59,640 bases of DNA from Deltaproteobacteria bacterium (lineage in GTDB: Bacteria; JAEEML01). Positions within the stretch are counted from its first letter, which is position 1; every line of letters starts with the position of its first letter. Made by a program: the position numbers and the translations under genes. The DNA lies in contig JAEEML010000144.1 of assembly GCA_016283195.1 (NCBI GenBank), forward strand, positions 1-59,640, read 5' to 3'. Of the stretch, positions 29,485-39,357 are shown piece after piece. The notes under the pieces are model-generated. The model was not told where the DNA came from, searched no databases, and saw nothing but the letters and a program-made list of their open reading frames with translations.

Positions 29485-29718
29485 TCAGGAAACTTTGTTA
29501 TCGCTAGCGGCATCGCCAAGATTCTCATCAGCGCCAAGTTCCAAACAAACTCCGTCACTGCAATATAGACCTTCCTTACAATTATGCATGACATCACAAT
29601 CTTCACCCAATTGCCTATTAGCTACTTCAGGCGCCGGAGCAGGTCCATAGCAGGCAGCCAAAAAAGCAATGGGTGCACCAAGTATCAAAGCGGCTACTTT
29701 TTGTTTAAAATACTTCAT
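29485..29718 (-). CDS. Small Cys-rich lipoprotein
   Basis: Lipobox LAAC; LGEDC....NCKEGLYC..GVC module resembles those in 45949-46584. Confidence 0.65.
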   Translation of the reverse strand: MKYFKQKVAALILGAPIAFLAACYGPAPAPEVANRQLGEDCDVMHNCKEGLYCSDGVCLELGADENLGDAASDNKVS

Positions 29719-29953
29719 ATTAACCTCTCTAGCACGGCAGATTATTCTCTTAGGCCCGCTCTGTTAAGCATTTTACTAAATCGTTTTTATCTGTCAACCG
29801 CATAATCGGCGCCGAAAGCCCGGCCAAGATTCAGCGCAAAAATAAAGTAAAGCTCATATTTCCATTATATAAGAGTTGCGAAAAGCGCGCTGATAGCATA
29901 TCATTCGGCCCGCAAGCCGGAAGCTATTTCCAAGTGTTTGCGTAGGAGCAGCC

Positions 29954-31210
29954 ATGAGCGATAAAATACGAAAGCTAAAAGACGATGCGGCAACCTTAAC
30001 AGCCAAAGGCAAATTCGACAAAGCCATTGAGTTATATAACGAAATTTTGGCCGCCGAGCCCGACGATCTGCAAACTCTTTTAAGAGCCGGTGATGCTTAC
30101 CGCCGTCTGGGCAAAGATACCGAAGCGGTGGAAGCTTATGAAAAGGTGGCCAGAGGTTACGGTAACGACGGCCTCCTCTTAAAAGCTATTGCCGTTTGCA
30201 AAATGATTTTGGAAATCGATGAAGCACACAGCTCCACCCAAGCGCTGCTCGCCGATCTTTATGCCAAGAAGAGCGGCGGCAGAGCCAAACTTAATCTGGT
30301 ACTTGATACCAGTGCCATAGCTGCCGAGAGCCCAGCTCCTTCCGCCGGAGAAGGCGCTGCCCAGGAGAAAGACCTGCCGGTTATCCCGCTCTTTTCCGAT
30401 CTCAGCAAAAACGCCTTTATCCAGCTCATGGAACAAATGACCATGCACACTGTGGCCCCCGGCGCCTATATTATTCGCGAGGGCGAAGTTGGGCACAGCT
30501 TCTTTATTATCTCCCAAGGACGGGTGAAAGTGAGCAAACTCACCGAGTCCGGCGAACAGATGGTTTTGGCTCATTTGGAAGATAATGCCTTTTTCGGCGA
30601 AATGGCTCTTTTAAGCAACTCCCCGCGCAATGCTTCCATCATTGCCGAAGAAGAGACAACCGTCTTTGAAGTTTCCAAAGAAGTGCTGGATAAAGTTTGC
30701 GAAAATTATGTTTCCGTGCGCCATGTGCTCATAAAATTTTATAAACAGCGGCTCCTTTCCAATCTGTTAGCCGTTTCGCCGGTCTTCCGCCCGCTCTCTC
30801 CGGCACAGCGCAAAGATTTAATTGAAAAATTCAAATCGCGCGAGGTACCGGAAGGCACGGTTTTATTGCAACAAGGCGACAAGGGCGACGGCCTCTACCT
30901 CATTCTCTCCGGCGAAGTAAAAGTGGAATGTCAGACAGAGAAGGGCCTTCTTTTACTCAATAAGTTAAAAGATAACGATGTCTTTGGCGAAATTTCTCTC
31001 TTAACCCAGGAGCCGGTTTCCGCCACCATCACCACCACCAAAAATTCCATTATTTTGCGCCTGCCGCGTAAATCATTCACCGAAGTGGCTATGTCTATCC
31101 CGCAGCTTTTGATTCATGTTTCCGAGCTGGCTGAGGAGCGGCGCCGCATTAATGATGCCGTACTGCGCGGGGAAATGGTTTACCGCGACGACGGGCTGGT
31201 GGTTGTCTGA
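29954..31210 (+). CDS. TPR + tandem cyclic-nucleotide-binding domain protein
   Basis: N-terminal TPRs; FFGEMALL..PRNAS and VFGEISLL cNMP motifs. Confidence 0.88.
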   Translation: MSDKIRKLKDDAATLTAKGKFDKAIELYNEILAAEPDDLQTLLRAGDAYRRLGKDTEAVEAYEKVARGYGNDGLLLKAIAVCKMILEIDEAHSSTQALLADLYAKKSGGRAKLNLVLDTSAIAAESPAPSAGEGAAQEKDLPVIPLFSDLSKNAFIQLMEQMTMHTVAPGAYIIREGEVGHSFFIISQGRVKVSKLTESGEQMVLAHLEDNAFFGEMALLSNSPRNASIIAEEETTVFEVSKEVLDKVCENYVSVRHVLIKFYKQRLLSNLLAVSPVFRPLSPAQRKDLIEKFKSREVPEGTVLLQQGDKGDGLYLILSGEVKVECQTEKGLLLLNKLKDNDVFGEISLLTQEPVSATITTTKNSIILRLPRKSFTEVAMSIPQLLIHVSELAEERRRINDAVLRGEMVYRDDGLVVV

Positions 31211-31214
31211 TTCC

Positions 31215-33023
31215 ATGAAATTGCCCACAAAAGCATACGAATTTAATCACATTTTTATTTTGGATATGCTGGAAGAGGCCGGGCGTATAACCCCGGAACA
31301 GCGGCGCCATGTGGAAGTTTACGCTCTCCAGCAACGGGCCCGCCTTTTAAAGGAGATGTTTGGCTCGGCTCAGGCAGCCAGTGAGGCTCGTTACCAAATC
31401 TCGCCGCTTGAACTTTTAGCCTCCTTTAACCTGGCAGATCATAACGAAGTGCCGATTAATGAGGAGTATTTGGCCCGCCTTTTGGCTAAGACTGCCGGTC
31501 TGCCTTTTTTGCGCATTGATCCGCTAAAACTCGACAGCGCTCTTATCACCGGCACTTTTTCACGCCCTTTTGCCACCCGCAATACCATTCTGCCTCTTTC
31601 CCGCAGTGATGATGGCATAACTTTGGCACTGGAAAACCCTTTTGACCAGGAGCTAAAGGAGCATCTCACCCGCCTTTTGGGCACCAATTTGCATTATGTG
31701 GTGGCGCCCAAAAGCGATATTATAAAATCCATCGCCGAGGTTTACGGCTTTAAACATTCGGTGCAGGCAGCGGCAAAAGATCAGGATTTTCATGATGATG
31801 CCGGCCAGATGGTGCAAAATTTCGAGCAGCTCATCAACCTTAAGCAAGCCGAGCAAATAGAAGCCAACGACAAGCACATTGTCAATGCCGTTGATTTTAT
31901 GCTCAATTATGCCTACGATCAGCGGGCTTCGGATATTCACATTGAGCCCAGGCGCGGGGATTCGCAAATCCGCCTTAGAATTGACGGCGTATTGCACGAT
32001 ACGCAAAAATTTCCCAAAAGTGTGCACCCCGCTTTTGTTTCGCGCATAAAAAACATGGCCCGCCTGGATATAGCCGAAAAAAGGCGGCCGCAGGATGGGC
32101 GCATTAAAACCAAGATGGGCAACCGCGAAACTGAGCTGCGCGTTTCCACCATGCCGGTGGCTTTTGGCGAAAAGGTGGTTATCCGCATTTTTGACCCGGA
32201 TGTTCTCGTAAAGGGGCTGCCTGATCTCGGTTTTTACCCCGAAGAGCTCAGTACTTTTAACGATTGGATTCAAAATCCCAACGGCATTATCCTCATCACC
32301 GGCCCTACGGGGAGCGGCAAAACCACCACTCTTTACACCACTTTAAATCACCTTTCGAGCCCCGATATCAATGTGATAACAGTGGAAGACCCCATTGAAA
32401 TGGTGGTGGACAGCTTTAATCAGGTGGCCGTGCAAACTAAAATCGGTGTTACTTTTGCCGCCGCTCTGCGCACTATTTTGCGCCAGGATCCCGATATCAT
32501 TATGATTGGCGAAATCCGCGACAAAGAGACAGCCGAGATGGCTATTCAAGCCGCCTTAACCGGCCATTTAGTCTTTTCCACCCTGCACACCAACGACACG
32601 GCCGGTGCCGTCTCGCGCCTTTTGGAACTGGGGATAGAACCATTTTTATTAAAAAGCACTTTAAGGGGTATTATGGCTCAGCGCCTCTTGCGCAAAATCT
32701 GCCCCAATTGCCGCGAAGAGATTTTTTTAAGTGAAGATCAGGCGGAAACACTGGGCCTTGAAAGTTCTCAGCCCATTAAAGTTTCTCACGGCGCCGGCTG
32801 CAGCGCCTGCCGCTTTACCGGTTTTAAAGGGCGCATCAGCGTTTTTGAGCTCATGACTATTTCTGCCCCCATTCAGCTGCTCATTAAAGAGGGCGCCGAT
32901 GCTAGACGCATTGAAGAAACAGCAACAAATTTGGGTATGCGCCATTTGCGCGATGCGGCGGTGCAAAAATTACTGGACGGTGAAACCTCTTTTGAAGAGG
33001 TCATTCGGGTGATGGGGCTTTAG
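31215..33023 (+). CDS. GspE/PilB-family secretion/pilus assembly ATPase
   Basis: ASDIHIEP, GPTGSGKTTT, TVEDPIE, LRQDPDIIMIGEIRD, Zn-binding CPNC/CSAC. Confidence 0.93.
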   Translation: MKLPTKAYEFNHIFILDMLEEAGRITPEQRRHVEVYALQQRARLLKEMFGSAQAASEARYQISPLELLASFNLADHNEVPINEEYLARLLAKTAGLPFLRIDPLKLDSALITGTFSRPFATRNTILPLSRSDDGITLALENPFDQELKEHLTRLLGTNLHYVVAPKSDIIKSIAEVYGFKHSVQAAAKDQDFHDDAGQMVQNFEQLINLKQAEQIEANDKHIVNAVDFMLNYAYDQRASDIHIEPRRGDSQIRLRIDGVLHDTQKFPKSVHPAFVSRIKNMARLDIAEKRRPQDGRIKTKMGNRETELRVSTMPVAFGEKVVIRIFDPDVLVKGLPDLGFYPEELSTFNDWIQNPNGIILITGPTGSGKTTTLYTTLNHLSSPDINVITVEDPIEMVVDSFNQVAVQTKIGVTFAAALRTILRQDPDIIMIGEIRDKETAEMAIQAALTGHLVFSTLHTNDTAGAVSRLLELGIEPFLLKSTLRGIMAQRLLRKICPNCREEIFLSEDQAETLGLESSQPIKVSHGAGCSACRFTGFKGRISVFELMTISAPIQLLIKEGADARRIEETATNLGMRHLRDAAVQKLLDGETSFEEVIRVMGL

Positions 33024-33045
33024 GCCTTTTAGGCACCACCCCGGC

Positions 33046-33975
33046 TCACAGAGAGTCCTTAAGACAACGTACAGAAAATCCGCCACCTCTATTGGTAACA
33101 GGCACAAAAGCACCGCCAGAAACGAGAACCAGGCTGTACATATAGTAAGTATCGCCCTGCTCCGTAGCAGACCAGAAGTAAGCACCGTAACCGAAATTAT
33201 GAAAAACGTCATCGGTGCCCCAAAGACCTGCCGGCAAAGCACCAAAAGCTGTGCTGTTAGTAACCAGATCTTGGTAATCATGTATCCACTCCGAATCTTT
33301 AGCTACTAAAGCGAGGAAAGCCGGATTTGGTTTTTCATTATTATCATTGGTTCCAACTACACTCAAAAGGCTCTCAAATTCTGCTTTACTTGGTAAATGC
33401 CAGCCAGCTGGGCATACTTTCAAGGCATCTTCCAATGAATAAATACAACCATATTTTTCTACAAAATCGGTATCAGCATCAGTATTAGCATAACAGGTAA
33501 GCGACGCACCTTCACGGCCAAAAGTGCCAGCCATATTTTTGGCCGACCATATCTGATCACCAATAGTGACAGTTTCTAAAGCCAATGTATCACAGTTTTT
33601 TCCGGAAAAACCGGCCTGGCAGTGTGAACATGTGCCATCCTCTTGTTTGGGAATACCACCACCATTTACACATGTTGGCGTTTTATCGCAATTCGGGCCC
33701 CAATAATTAGCCGTACATTTTGAGCAGGTTCCATCCTCTTGAATACCATCTTTGCAAATGCCATTTACACAAGTGCAAGGCTTGCACTCCGGCCCAAAAT
33801 AACCACTTTTACAATAAGCCAGCTGTTCAGATGTCCCGTCTTTGTTATTTTGGCCGTCTTTACTATTTTGGCCATCTTTACCATTCTGCTCTTGTGGCCC
33901 CTGTTCTCCGGCGCCTCCACAGGCAGCAAAGAGTAAACATAAGGCTATACCACTAACCATTCCTAATTTTTGCAT
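33046..33975 (-). CDS. FISUMP (Fib_succ_major) lipoprotein with EGF-like repeats
   Basis: FAAC lipobox; degenerate collagen-like GQNxKD repeats; EGF Cys pattern; IGDQIWSAKN, CPAGWHLPS, FWSAT, FSVRCLKD. Confidence 0.9.
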   Translation of the reverse strand: MQKLGMVSGIALCLLFAACGGAGEQGPQEQNGKDGQNSKDGQNNKDGTSEQLAYCKSGYFGPECKPCTCVNGICKDGIQEDGTCSKCTANYWGPNCDKTPTCVNGGGIPKQEDGTCSHCQAGFSGKNCDTLALETVTIGDQIWSAKNMAGTFGREGASLTCYANTDADTDFVEKYGCIYSLEDALKVCPAGWHLPSKAEFESLLSVVGTNDNNEKPNPAFLALVAKDSEWIHDYQDLVTNSTAFGALPAGLWGTDDVFHNFGYGAYFWSATEQGDTYYMYSLVLVSGGAFVPVTNRGGGFSVRCLKDSL

Positions 33976-34046
33976 AAAAAATCCTCCGCGTATAGGCACA
34001 TAAAACACCAATTTTGGTGCCTTGTTCTTTCTTTTATATCGCTGCG

Positions 34047-34096
34047 AATATCTAGTAATTACAGCATGTTTTTCCTGTCAGCTTGTAAAAATAGAG
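34047..34096. repeat. Degenerate copy of the 59383-59433 sequence (REP-like flank)
   Basis: AATATCTAGTAATTACAGCATGTT vs AATATTTAATAATTACAGCATGTT (22/24), followed in both by TTGTAAAAAT-like sequence. Confidence 0.55.
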
Positions 34097-34258
34097 TGCA
34101 CTGACCCCATTTTTCTGGAGAGCACTTAATAGCACTATTTTTCTCCAAATTCAACAGTGGACAACAAGTTGAGCTTTTTATGAGAAGTCATAGTTAGCAT
34201 GCACTTTCTTACGCACCAGGAAAATAAAAAACCAGCCAAGCGCGCTTTAGGCTTTAAG

Positions 34259-34286
34259 TTGACAAATACTCAATTCTCAGTAGAGT
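34259..34286 (+). promoter_or_regulatory. Sigma70-like promoter of the asd-like to truA operon
   Basis: TTGACA-N16-TAGAGT. Confidence 0.55.
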
Positions 34287-34325
34287 CTCTGTGGCCATAA
34301 TTGCGGCCTTTTTAAGGAGTTTGTC

Positions 34326-35342
34326 ATGCCGGGATGGCGTATTGGTATAGATAACGGTAAAAGCCTGATAGCCGAAGAGCTCATCGGCCTCCTTATGGAG
34401 CGCGGTTTTCCTTACAAAGAAATTGCACTTTACGGCGAAAGCGCTGAGCTTGGCGAAGCAGTTGAAGTGGAAGAACATGAGTTTCCCATAACTCTGCGCG
34501 CCGGCGGCCTGGATAATCCGCCGGATATTCTCTTTGTCACTAACGAAGCCCCAGATGATGCGGAAGCGATTCCGGCAAAACTCACTATTTCAGCCAAAGA
34601 AATGCTGAATAATCATGTAGCGTTAGTTGTGCCTGAGGTTAATAGCGCCGAAATTGCTCACGGCCTTCACCACGGGCTGATTGCCGTGCCCTCACCGGCA
34701 GCCATTGCCGTCGCCATTGCCCTTAATCCACTGGCCGAGGTTTACCCGGTAAAGCGCCTTAATGTAACCACAATTGAGCCGATATCCTCCTGGGGCCGGG
34801 CCGGTATGGACATATTCACCACCCAGATACACCGCCTTTTAAATGGGGCCCCGCCGGATGAAGAAGCCGGATTTTTAGGTGATTTAGCCTTTAATTTCAT
34901 GCCTTTTGTCGGCTCAATGCTGGGTGATAATCCGGTGGGCAGCGTAGCTGTCAGCGAGCTCTTATTGGAGCGAGAACTGGCCGCCCTCTTCCCGCCTATG
35001 GCCATCAGCACCTTCCGTTGCAACGCCCCAATTTTTTATGGCCTTGGCGCTGTTGTAAATGTTGAATTTGAAACAGAATTTTCTCTCGCAAAAGTCAGAG
35101 ATCTGCTCAAAGAGAGCCCAGGCATTATGCTGATAGATGAATCTCTGCGCGAGCCGGTGGCCCTCCGCGAGGTGGTGGGTAGTGATGCCACAATGGTGGG
35201 GCGCCTGCGCCAAGATCAAAAAGACAAAAAACACCTTACTATGTGGGTGGCGCTCGATAATTTGCGTAAAGGAGCCGCAACGTCTATGGTGGAAATAGCC
35301 GAGATGGTCATTCGCGACCATGCCGATTACTTTAGCGCTTAA
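34326..35342 (+). CDS. Aspartate-semialdehyde dehydrogenase-like (Usg-like) protein, probably inactive
   Basis: LVVPEVN, LAFN, VGRLR, WVALDNLRKGAA; NPNC replaced by VPSP and GH by GL. Confidence 0.8.
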   Translation: MPGWRIGIDNGKSLIAEELIGLLMERGFPYKEIALYGESAELGEAVEVEEHEFPITLRAGGLDNPPDILFVTNEAPDDAEAIPAKLTISAKEMLNNHVALVVPEVNSAEIAHGLHHGLIAVPSPAAIAVAIALNPLAEVYPVKRLNVTTIEPISSWGRAGMDIFTTQIHRLLNGAPPDEEAGFLGDLAFNFMPFVGSMLGDNPVGSVAVSELLLERELAALFPPMAISTFRCNAPIFYGLGAVVNVEFETEFSLAKVRDLLKESPGIMLIDESLREPVALREVVGSDATMVGRLRQDQKDKKHLTMWVALDNLRKGAATSMVEIAEMVIRDHADYFSA

Positions 35343-35354
35343 AAGGAAAAACTA

Positions 35355-36650
35355 ATGTCTTTACTGGTTTTTTTAGCTTTAACACTGCTGCTTTTACCCG
35401 GGGCCGGTGCGGTTTCTACCAATGATACCAGCCAGGCTTACGGCGGTAGCGGCATCAATTTTTTATTAACCGGAGACTTGGCCGATAAAGCTTTCGACTG
35501 CGACCCGGCCGAAGACGCTTCTTGCTATGCCCTAAATGCCGCAGCTTGCAAAAGCTCGGCACAAAGCATTGATTTAACGGCTAATTTTGTTTCTTCGGTT
35601 ATTACTTGCGATGATTCCAGCCAGCGCAAAATATGGCTCAGCAGCGATGCTTCATGTCAAGACACTTCATCTACCGAATATATTACCACCAGCCACACTT
35701 TAAATGAGTCCGATACCGCTAGCGGTATTTATTTGCTTTGCGGCAGCACCATTGATTACTACCCCAACAGCAATTTAAAAGAGGAGGCTTTTACCAGCAG
35801 GGTGCTCTTTGAAAAAGCCGGTGAAAACGACAGCTGTTCGGCCGGAATAGATCAAATTCTCTATCTCTGCTACGCCATCGGCCCGGTTGCCGGCGGCAGC
35901 ACCAGCACCAATACCGTTTTCGGCTGGCACAAATTTAAGATTGATACCAAAGCTCCTTCTGCGCCGCAAGTTAGCGTTAAAGAAGGCGACAGCAAGGTAA
36001 CTATTGAATATTCCACTGCCGATTCCGATATTGCTCTCGCCACCGTTTATTACCGCGAAGCGGCTGACAGCAATAGCGATAATTGCCTTAATTGGGATAA
36101 TCCTAAAAGTGCCACCAATAAGAGCGACAGCCAAAGCGCCTCTATTACCGTAAACGGCATAGAAAACGGCAAAAAATATCAATATTGCCTCATTATGACC
36201 GACGATCTGGGCAATATGTCCGAGCCCAGTGCTGTCGGCACTTTTAGCTCGGTTGACGAATGTGATTTTTGGGAATGCGCACCGGAAGATCTGGGCAAAG
36301 GCGGCTTTTGTTTTGTGGCTACAGCAGCTTATGGCCCGGGTGATCCGGTTTTGGAAGTACTGCGCCGTTTCCGCGATACTGTGCTCATGGAAAGTAATCC
36401 CGGGCGTTTTTTCATTCATACTTATTATCGCCTTAGCCCACCTATAGCGGCCGTAATTGCCCAAAGTCCCTGGCTTAGAGCTTTAACCAGAGTGCTGCTC
36501 ACTCCGCTGGAATGGACAGCCCGCTCGATAATGGCCGTAAAAGGCCACAAAGCTGGTTTCTCCTTGGCCTTGGCCGCTCTGGCCATTTTCGTCGGCGCTA
36601 TGCTGACTCTTTTGCTTTCCTCCAAAAGGAGGAGCCTCTATGAAAAATAA
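35355..36650 (+). CDS. Secreted Cys-rich FN3-like protein with CFI-box-CTERM domain
   Basis: Signal peptide; DTKAPSAP FN3-like start; CFVATAAYG...LRRFRD..L....GRFFI..YYRLSPP.A; C-terminal TM. Confidence 0.82.
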   Translation: MSLLVFLALTLLLLPGAGAVSTNDTSQAYGGSGINFLLTGDLADKAFDCDPAEDASCYALNAAACKSSAQSIDLTANFVSSVITCDDSSQRKIWLSSDASCQDTSSTEYITTSHTLNESDTASGIYLLCGSTIDYYPNSNLKEEAFTSRVLFEKAGENDSCSAGIDQILYLCYAIGPVAGGSTSTNTVFGWHKFKIDTKAPSAPQVSVKEGDSKVTIEYSTADSDIALATVYYREAADSNSDNCLNWDNPKSATNKSDSQSASITVNGIENGKKYQYCLIMTDDLGNMSEPSAVGTFSSVDECDFWECAPEDLGKGGFCFVATAAYGPGDPVLEVLRRFRDTVLMESNPGRFFIHTYYRLSPPIAAVIAQSPWLRALTRVLLTPLEWTARSIMAVKGHKAGFSLALAALAIFVGAMLTLLLSSKRRSLYEK

Positions 36651-37455
36651 ATTCTTTATATTTCCGCTACTTATTTTGTTAACCTCCCAAACTTTGGCCC
36701 GGGCCGATGAAGATTTTATTCTCGAAGAGCGCGGGGTAAAATTGGCCGGTACCGAAAAAAAGGTCGATCTTGATATTGATGAGCGTCCGCGCTGGGGTCT
36801 CGGCCTGAAAATCGGCCCCTTTGAGCCCAAATTTTCCATTGCTCATGATTATTACGACGCTTACTTCGGTTCGCGCGGCAAAGAGCCCTTTTATGCCCTG
36901 GAGGGGCGCTTCTTCTTTTACCGCAACACTGTTATCCAGCTGATTTTACATGCCCAAATCGGTTACTGGCAGACCTATGGCAAAAGTCAGCGCTGCACCC
37001 TAAACGGCGAAGCGGCCTCTTGCAATGCCGCCGGCGCCGTTAAAAGCAGCGGCAGCTCGCCAACTTCGCTCAACCTCTTGCCCGGCGAGCTGGGAGTGGA
37101 AATTAAACTTAATCTTTTTAAAGATCGCTTCCATGTACCTTTGGTGCCTTATATCCGCGGCTCGGTTATGTACACCATGTGGTGGGTTTATGCCGATGGC
37201 CTGGCCAAATCGGCAGATAGCGAGCGCGGCAAAGGTATCGGCGGCGTTTTTGGCCTCATCGGCAACGTCGGTATTGCCCTTAATTTAGACTGGATAGACC
37301 GTTCCACCGCCAGAGAGGCCATGCGCTCGGTAGGCTTAAAAGATACTTACCTCTATTTTGAATACAGCGGCAAAACCAACAAAAACTTTAAAAATACCGG
37401 CACTTTTGACTTTTCCGGTCACTATTGGACCATCGGCCTTTCGGTCGATTTTTAA
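36640..37455 (+). CDS. Outer-membrane beta-barrel, MXAN_2562-like
   Basis: Signal peptide, amphipathic strands, PLVPY, LDWID...G...TYLYFEY, terminal F. Confidence 0.7.
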   Translation: MKNKFFIFPLLILLTSQTLARADEDFILEERGVKLAGTEKKVDLDIDERPRWGLGLKIGPFEPKFSIAHDYYDAYFGSRGKEPFYALEGRFFFYRNTVIQLILHAQIGYWQTYGKSQRCTLNGEAASCNAAGAVKSSGSSPTSLNLLPGELGVEIKLNLFKDRFHVPLVPYIRGSVMYTMWWVYADGLAKSADSERGKGIGGVFGLIGNVGIALNLDWIDRSTAREAMRSVGLKDTYLYFEYSGKTNKNFKNTGTFDFSGHYWTIGLSVDF

Positions 37456-37461
37456 GGGCCC

Positions 37462-38220
37462 ATGCGCAACATACGCCTCATCATCGAATACGACGGCTCA
37501 GCTTATTACGGCTGGCAATGTCAAAAAGACGGCCCCTCTATCCAGGCAGCTATTTTAAAAGCCATAAAAGAACTCACCCATGAAGAAGTGCGTTTAAGAG
37601 CGGCCGGCCGCACCGATGCTGGAGTGCATGCCTATGGGCAGGTAGCAAATTTTTTTACCGCATCATCAATACCGGGCGAAAAATTCGCCCTGGCCTTAAA
37701 TCAGCGTCTCCCGGAAGATATTGCCATTCGTTCTTCCACTGAAATGCCGCCCTCTTTTGATGCCAAGCATGATAGTAAAGGCAAAAAGTACCTTTACCGC
37801 ATTTATAACGCCGCCATTCCCTCCCCGCTGGAGCGCAAGAGATCATATTTCATTCGCGGGCGAGAGCTCGATGTTATAGCTATGCAAAAGGCGGCCACCT
37901 ATCTCATAGGTGAGCATAATTTTGAATCTTTTCGTTCGGTACATTGCGACGCTCCGCATGCTTTTAGAAATATTTTTTCCATAGATATTACCGAGACTCC
38001 TTTTTTAAGCCCCATTAAAGGGAAAATTGTCGAGATAGCGGTTAAGGGCAATGCCTTTTGCCGCCACATGGTGCGCATTATTTCCGGCACCCTGATTGAA
38101 GTGGGGCGCCACCGTTATCCGCCGGAACAAATGGCCGCCATTTTGGCCGCCGAAAAGCGCAGCGCAGCCGGTATCACCGCCGAACCGCAGGGGCTCTATT
38201 TGTGTGAGGTGTACTATTGA
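37462..38220 (+). CDS. truA: tRNA pseudouridine(38-40) synthase
   Basis: EYDGSAYYGWQ, AGRTDAGVHA, F.RHMVRII.G. Confidence 0.96.
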   Translation: MRNIRLIIEYDGSAYYGWQCQKDGPSIQAAILKAIKELTHEEVRLRAAGRTDAGVHAYGQVANFFTASSIPGEKFALALNQRLPEDIAIRSSTEMPPSFDAKHDSKGKKYLYRIYNAAIPSPLERKRSYFIRGRELDVIAMQKAATYLIGEHNFESFRSVHCDAPHAFRNIFSIDITETPFLSPIKGKIVEIAVKGNAFCRHMVRIISGTLIEVGRHRYPPEQMAAILAAEKRSAAGITAEPQGLYLCEVYY

Positions 38221-39353
38221 TTAACAAAATATTTCGCTATATCGGTAGCCTCATCACCATACTCATTATCGCTTTAATCATAAGCGCCCTTATTACTCGC
38301 CATTTACTTAATTTTATTGCAATTTTAGTTCCTGATATTTCCTTTGGCCGCCTCTTTGTCGAGCAAACGACCGTGAGCTTCACCTACTTAGCTATAGTAG
38401 TGCTTGAGCTCTATTTTTTTAGAGGCAAACTGGTGCCTAAAGAGTATGTCAAAAGCTCTCTCCCCATTATCACCATAGCTTTTTTGAGCGAGTGGGGCTT
38501 CTCCTGGTATCTTTTGCGCGATACAGAGGCCGAATTTGAAATACACCGCGTCTTTGCTCATATTGTTAGCCTGCTACTGGCCCTCATTTTGAGTGCTCTT
38601 ACCACTAAAGAGGGGCGAAGAGTTGTGCGCGGCAGTTGCCAAATATTGATTTTCGGCCTCTCCGGAGCCGTTATATTGCCTATTGTTTTTGTGCTCTGGC
38701 CCTTTTCGCCGCACGGCCGCCTCTTTTATTATGTTTGCCGCAAAATTTGGGCTCCTTTTACTTCTAAACTAACAGGCATCAAAGTGGAAACCACCGGCCG
38801 GGAACTGGTTAATTTTAATGAGCCGGCTATTTTAGTGGCCACACACTCCAGCATTCTTGATATTTACGCTTTGCAATTTGCCGTGCCGCGCTCTCTGCCC
38901 ATGCTCTCTAAAAAGAGCATCTTTTATGTGCCAGTATTTGGGCAACTGGCGGCACTGGCCGGCTGCATTTTTATCGATCGCAGCCGCCATGAAAAGGCCA
39001 TGCAAAAACTCGATAATTCATTAAAAAAGCTGGTAAAACGCAAAGAATGGCTGGCTATTTTCGCCGAGGGTACGCGAAGCCCGGAAGGCTATATGCGTCA
39101 TCTCAAAAAAGGCGCTTTTGTCATGGCTATCAAAGCCGGTATTCCCATTGTGCCGATAGCTATTATCGGTAGCGGCAACGCCTTGCCGGCCGGCTCTTAT
39201 ATTGTAAATTCCGGTCTTATAAGTTGCCGCTTTGGAGCGCCAATTTCCACTACCGGCCTGACAATGGCCGATCGCGACACTTTGCGGCAAAAGACCGAAG
39301 AGGCGCTTTTAGCCCTCAGCGGCTTTAAAATGCTCGAAGAAAAGCTAAGCTAA
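38217..39353 (+). CDS. PlsC-family acyltransferase with extra N-terminal TM region
   Basis: HSSILD, FIDR, FAEGTRS, KKGAF. Confidence 0.87.
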   Translation: MINKIFRYIGSLITILIIALIISALITRHLLNFIAILVPDISFGRLFVEQTTVSFTYLAIVVLELYFFRGKLVPKEYVKSSLPIITIAFLSEWGFSWYLLRDTEAEFEIHRVFAHIVSLLLALILSALTTKEGRRVVRGSCQILIFGLSGAVILPIVFVLWPFSPHGRLFYYVCRKIWAPFTSKLTGIKVETTGRELVNFNEPAILVATHSSILDIYALQFAVPRSLPMLSKKSIFYVPVFGQLAALAGCIFIDRSRHEKAMQKLDNSLKKLVKRKEWLAIFAEGTRSPEGYMRHLKKGAFVMAIKAGIPIVPIAIIGSGNALPAGSYIVNSGLISCRFGAPISTTGLTMADRDTLRQKTEEALLALSGFKMLEEKLS

Positions 39354-39357
39354 AAGC

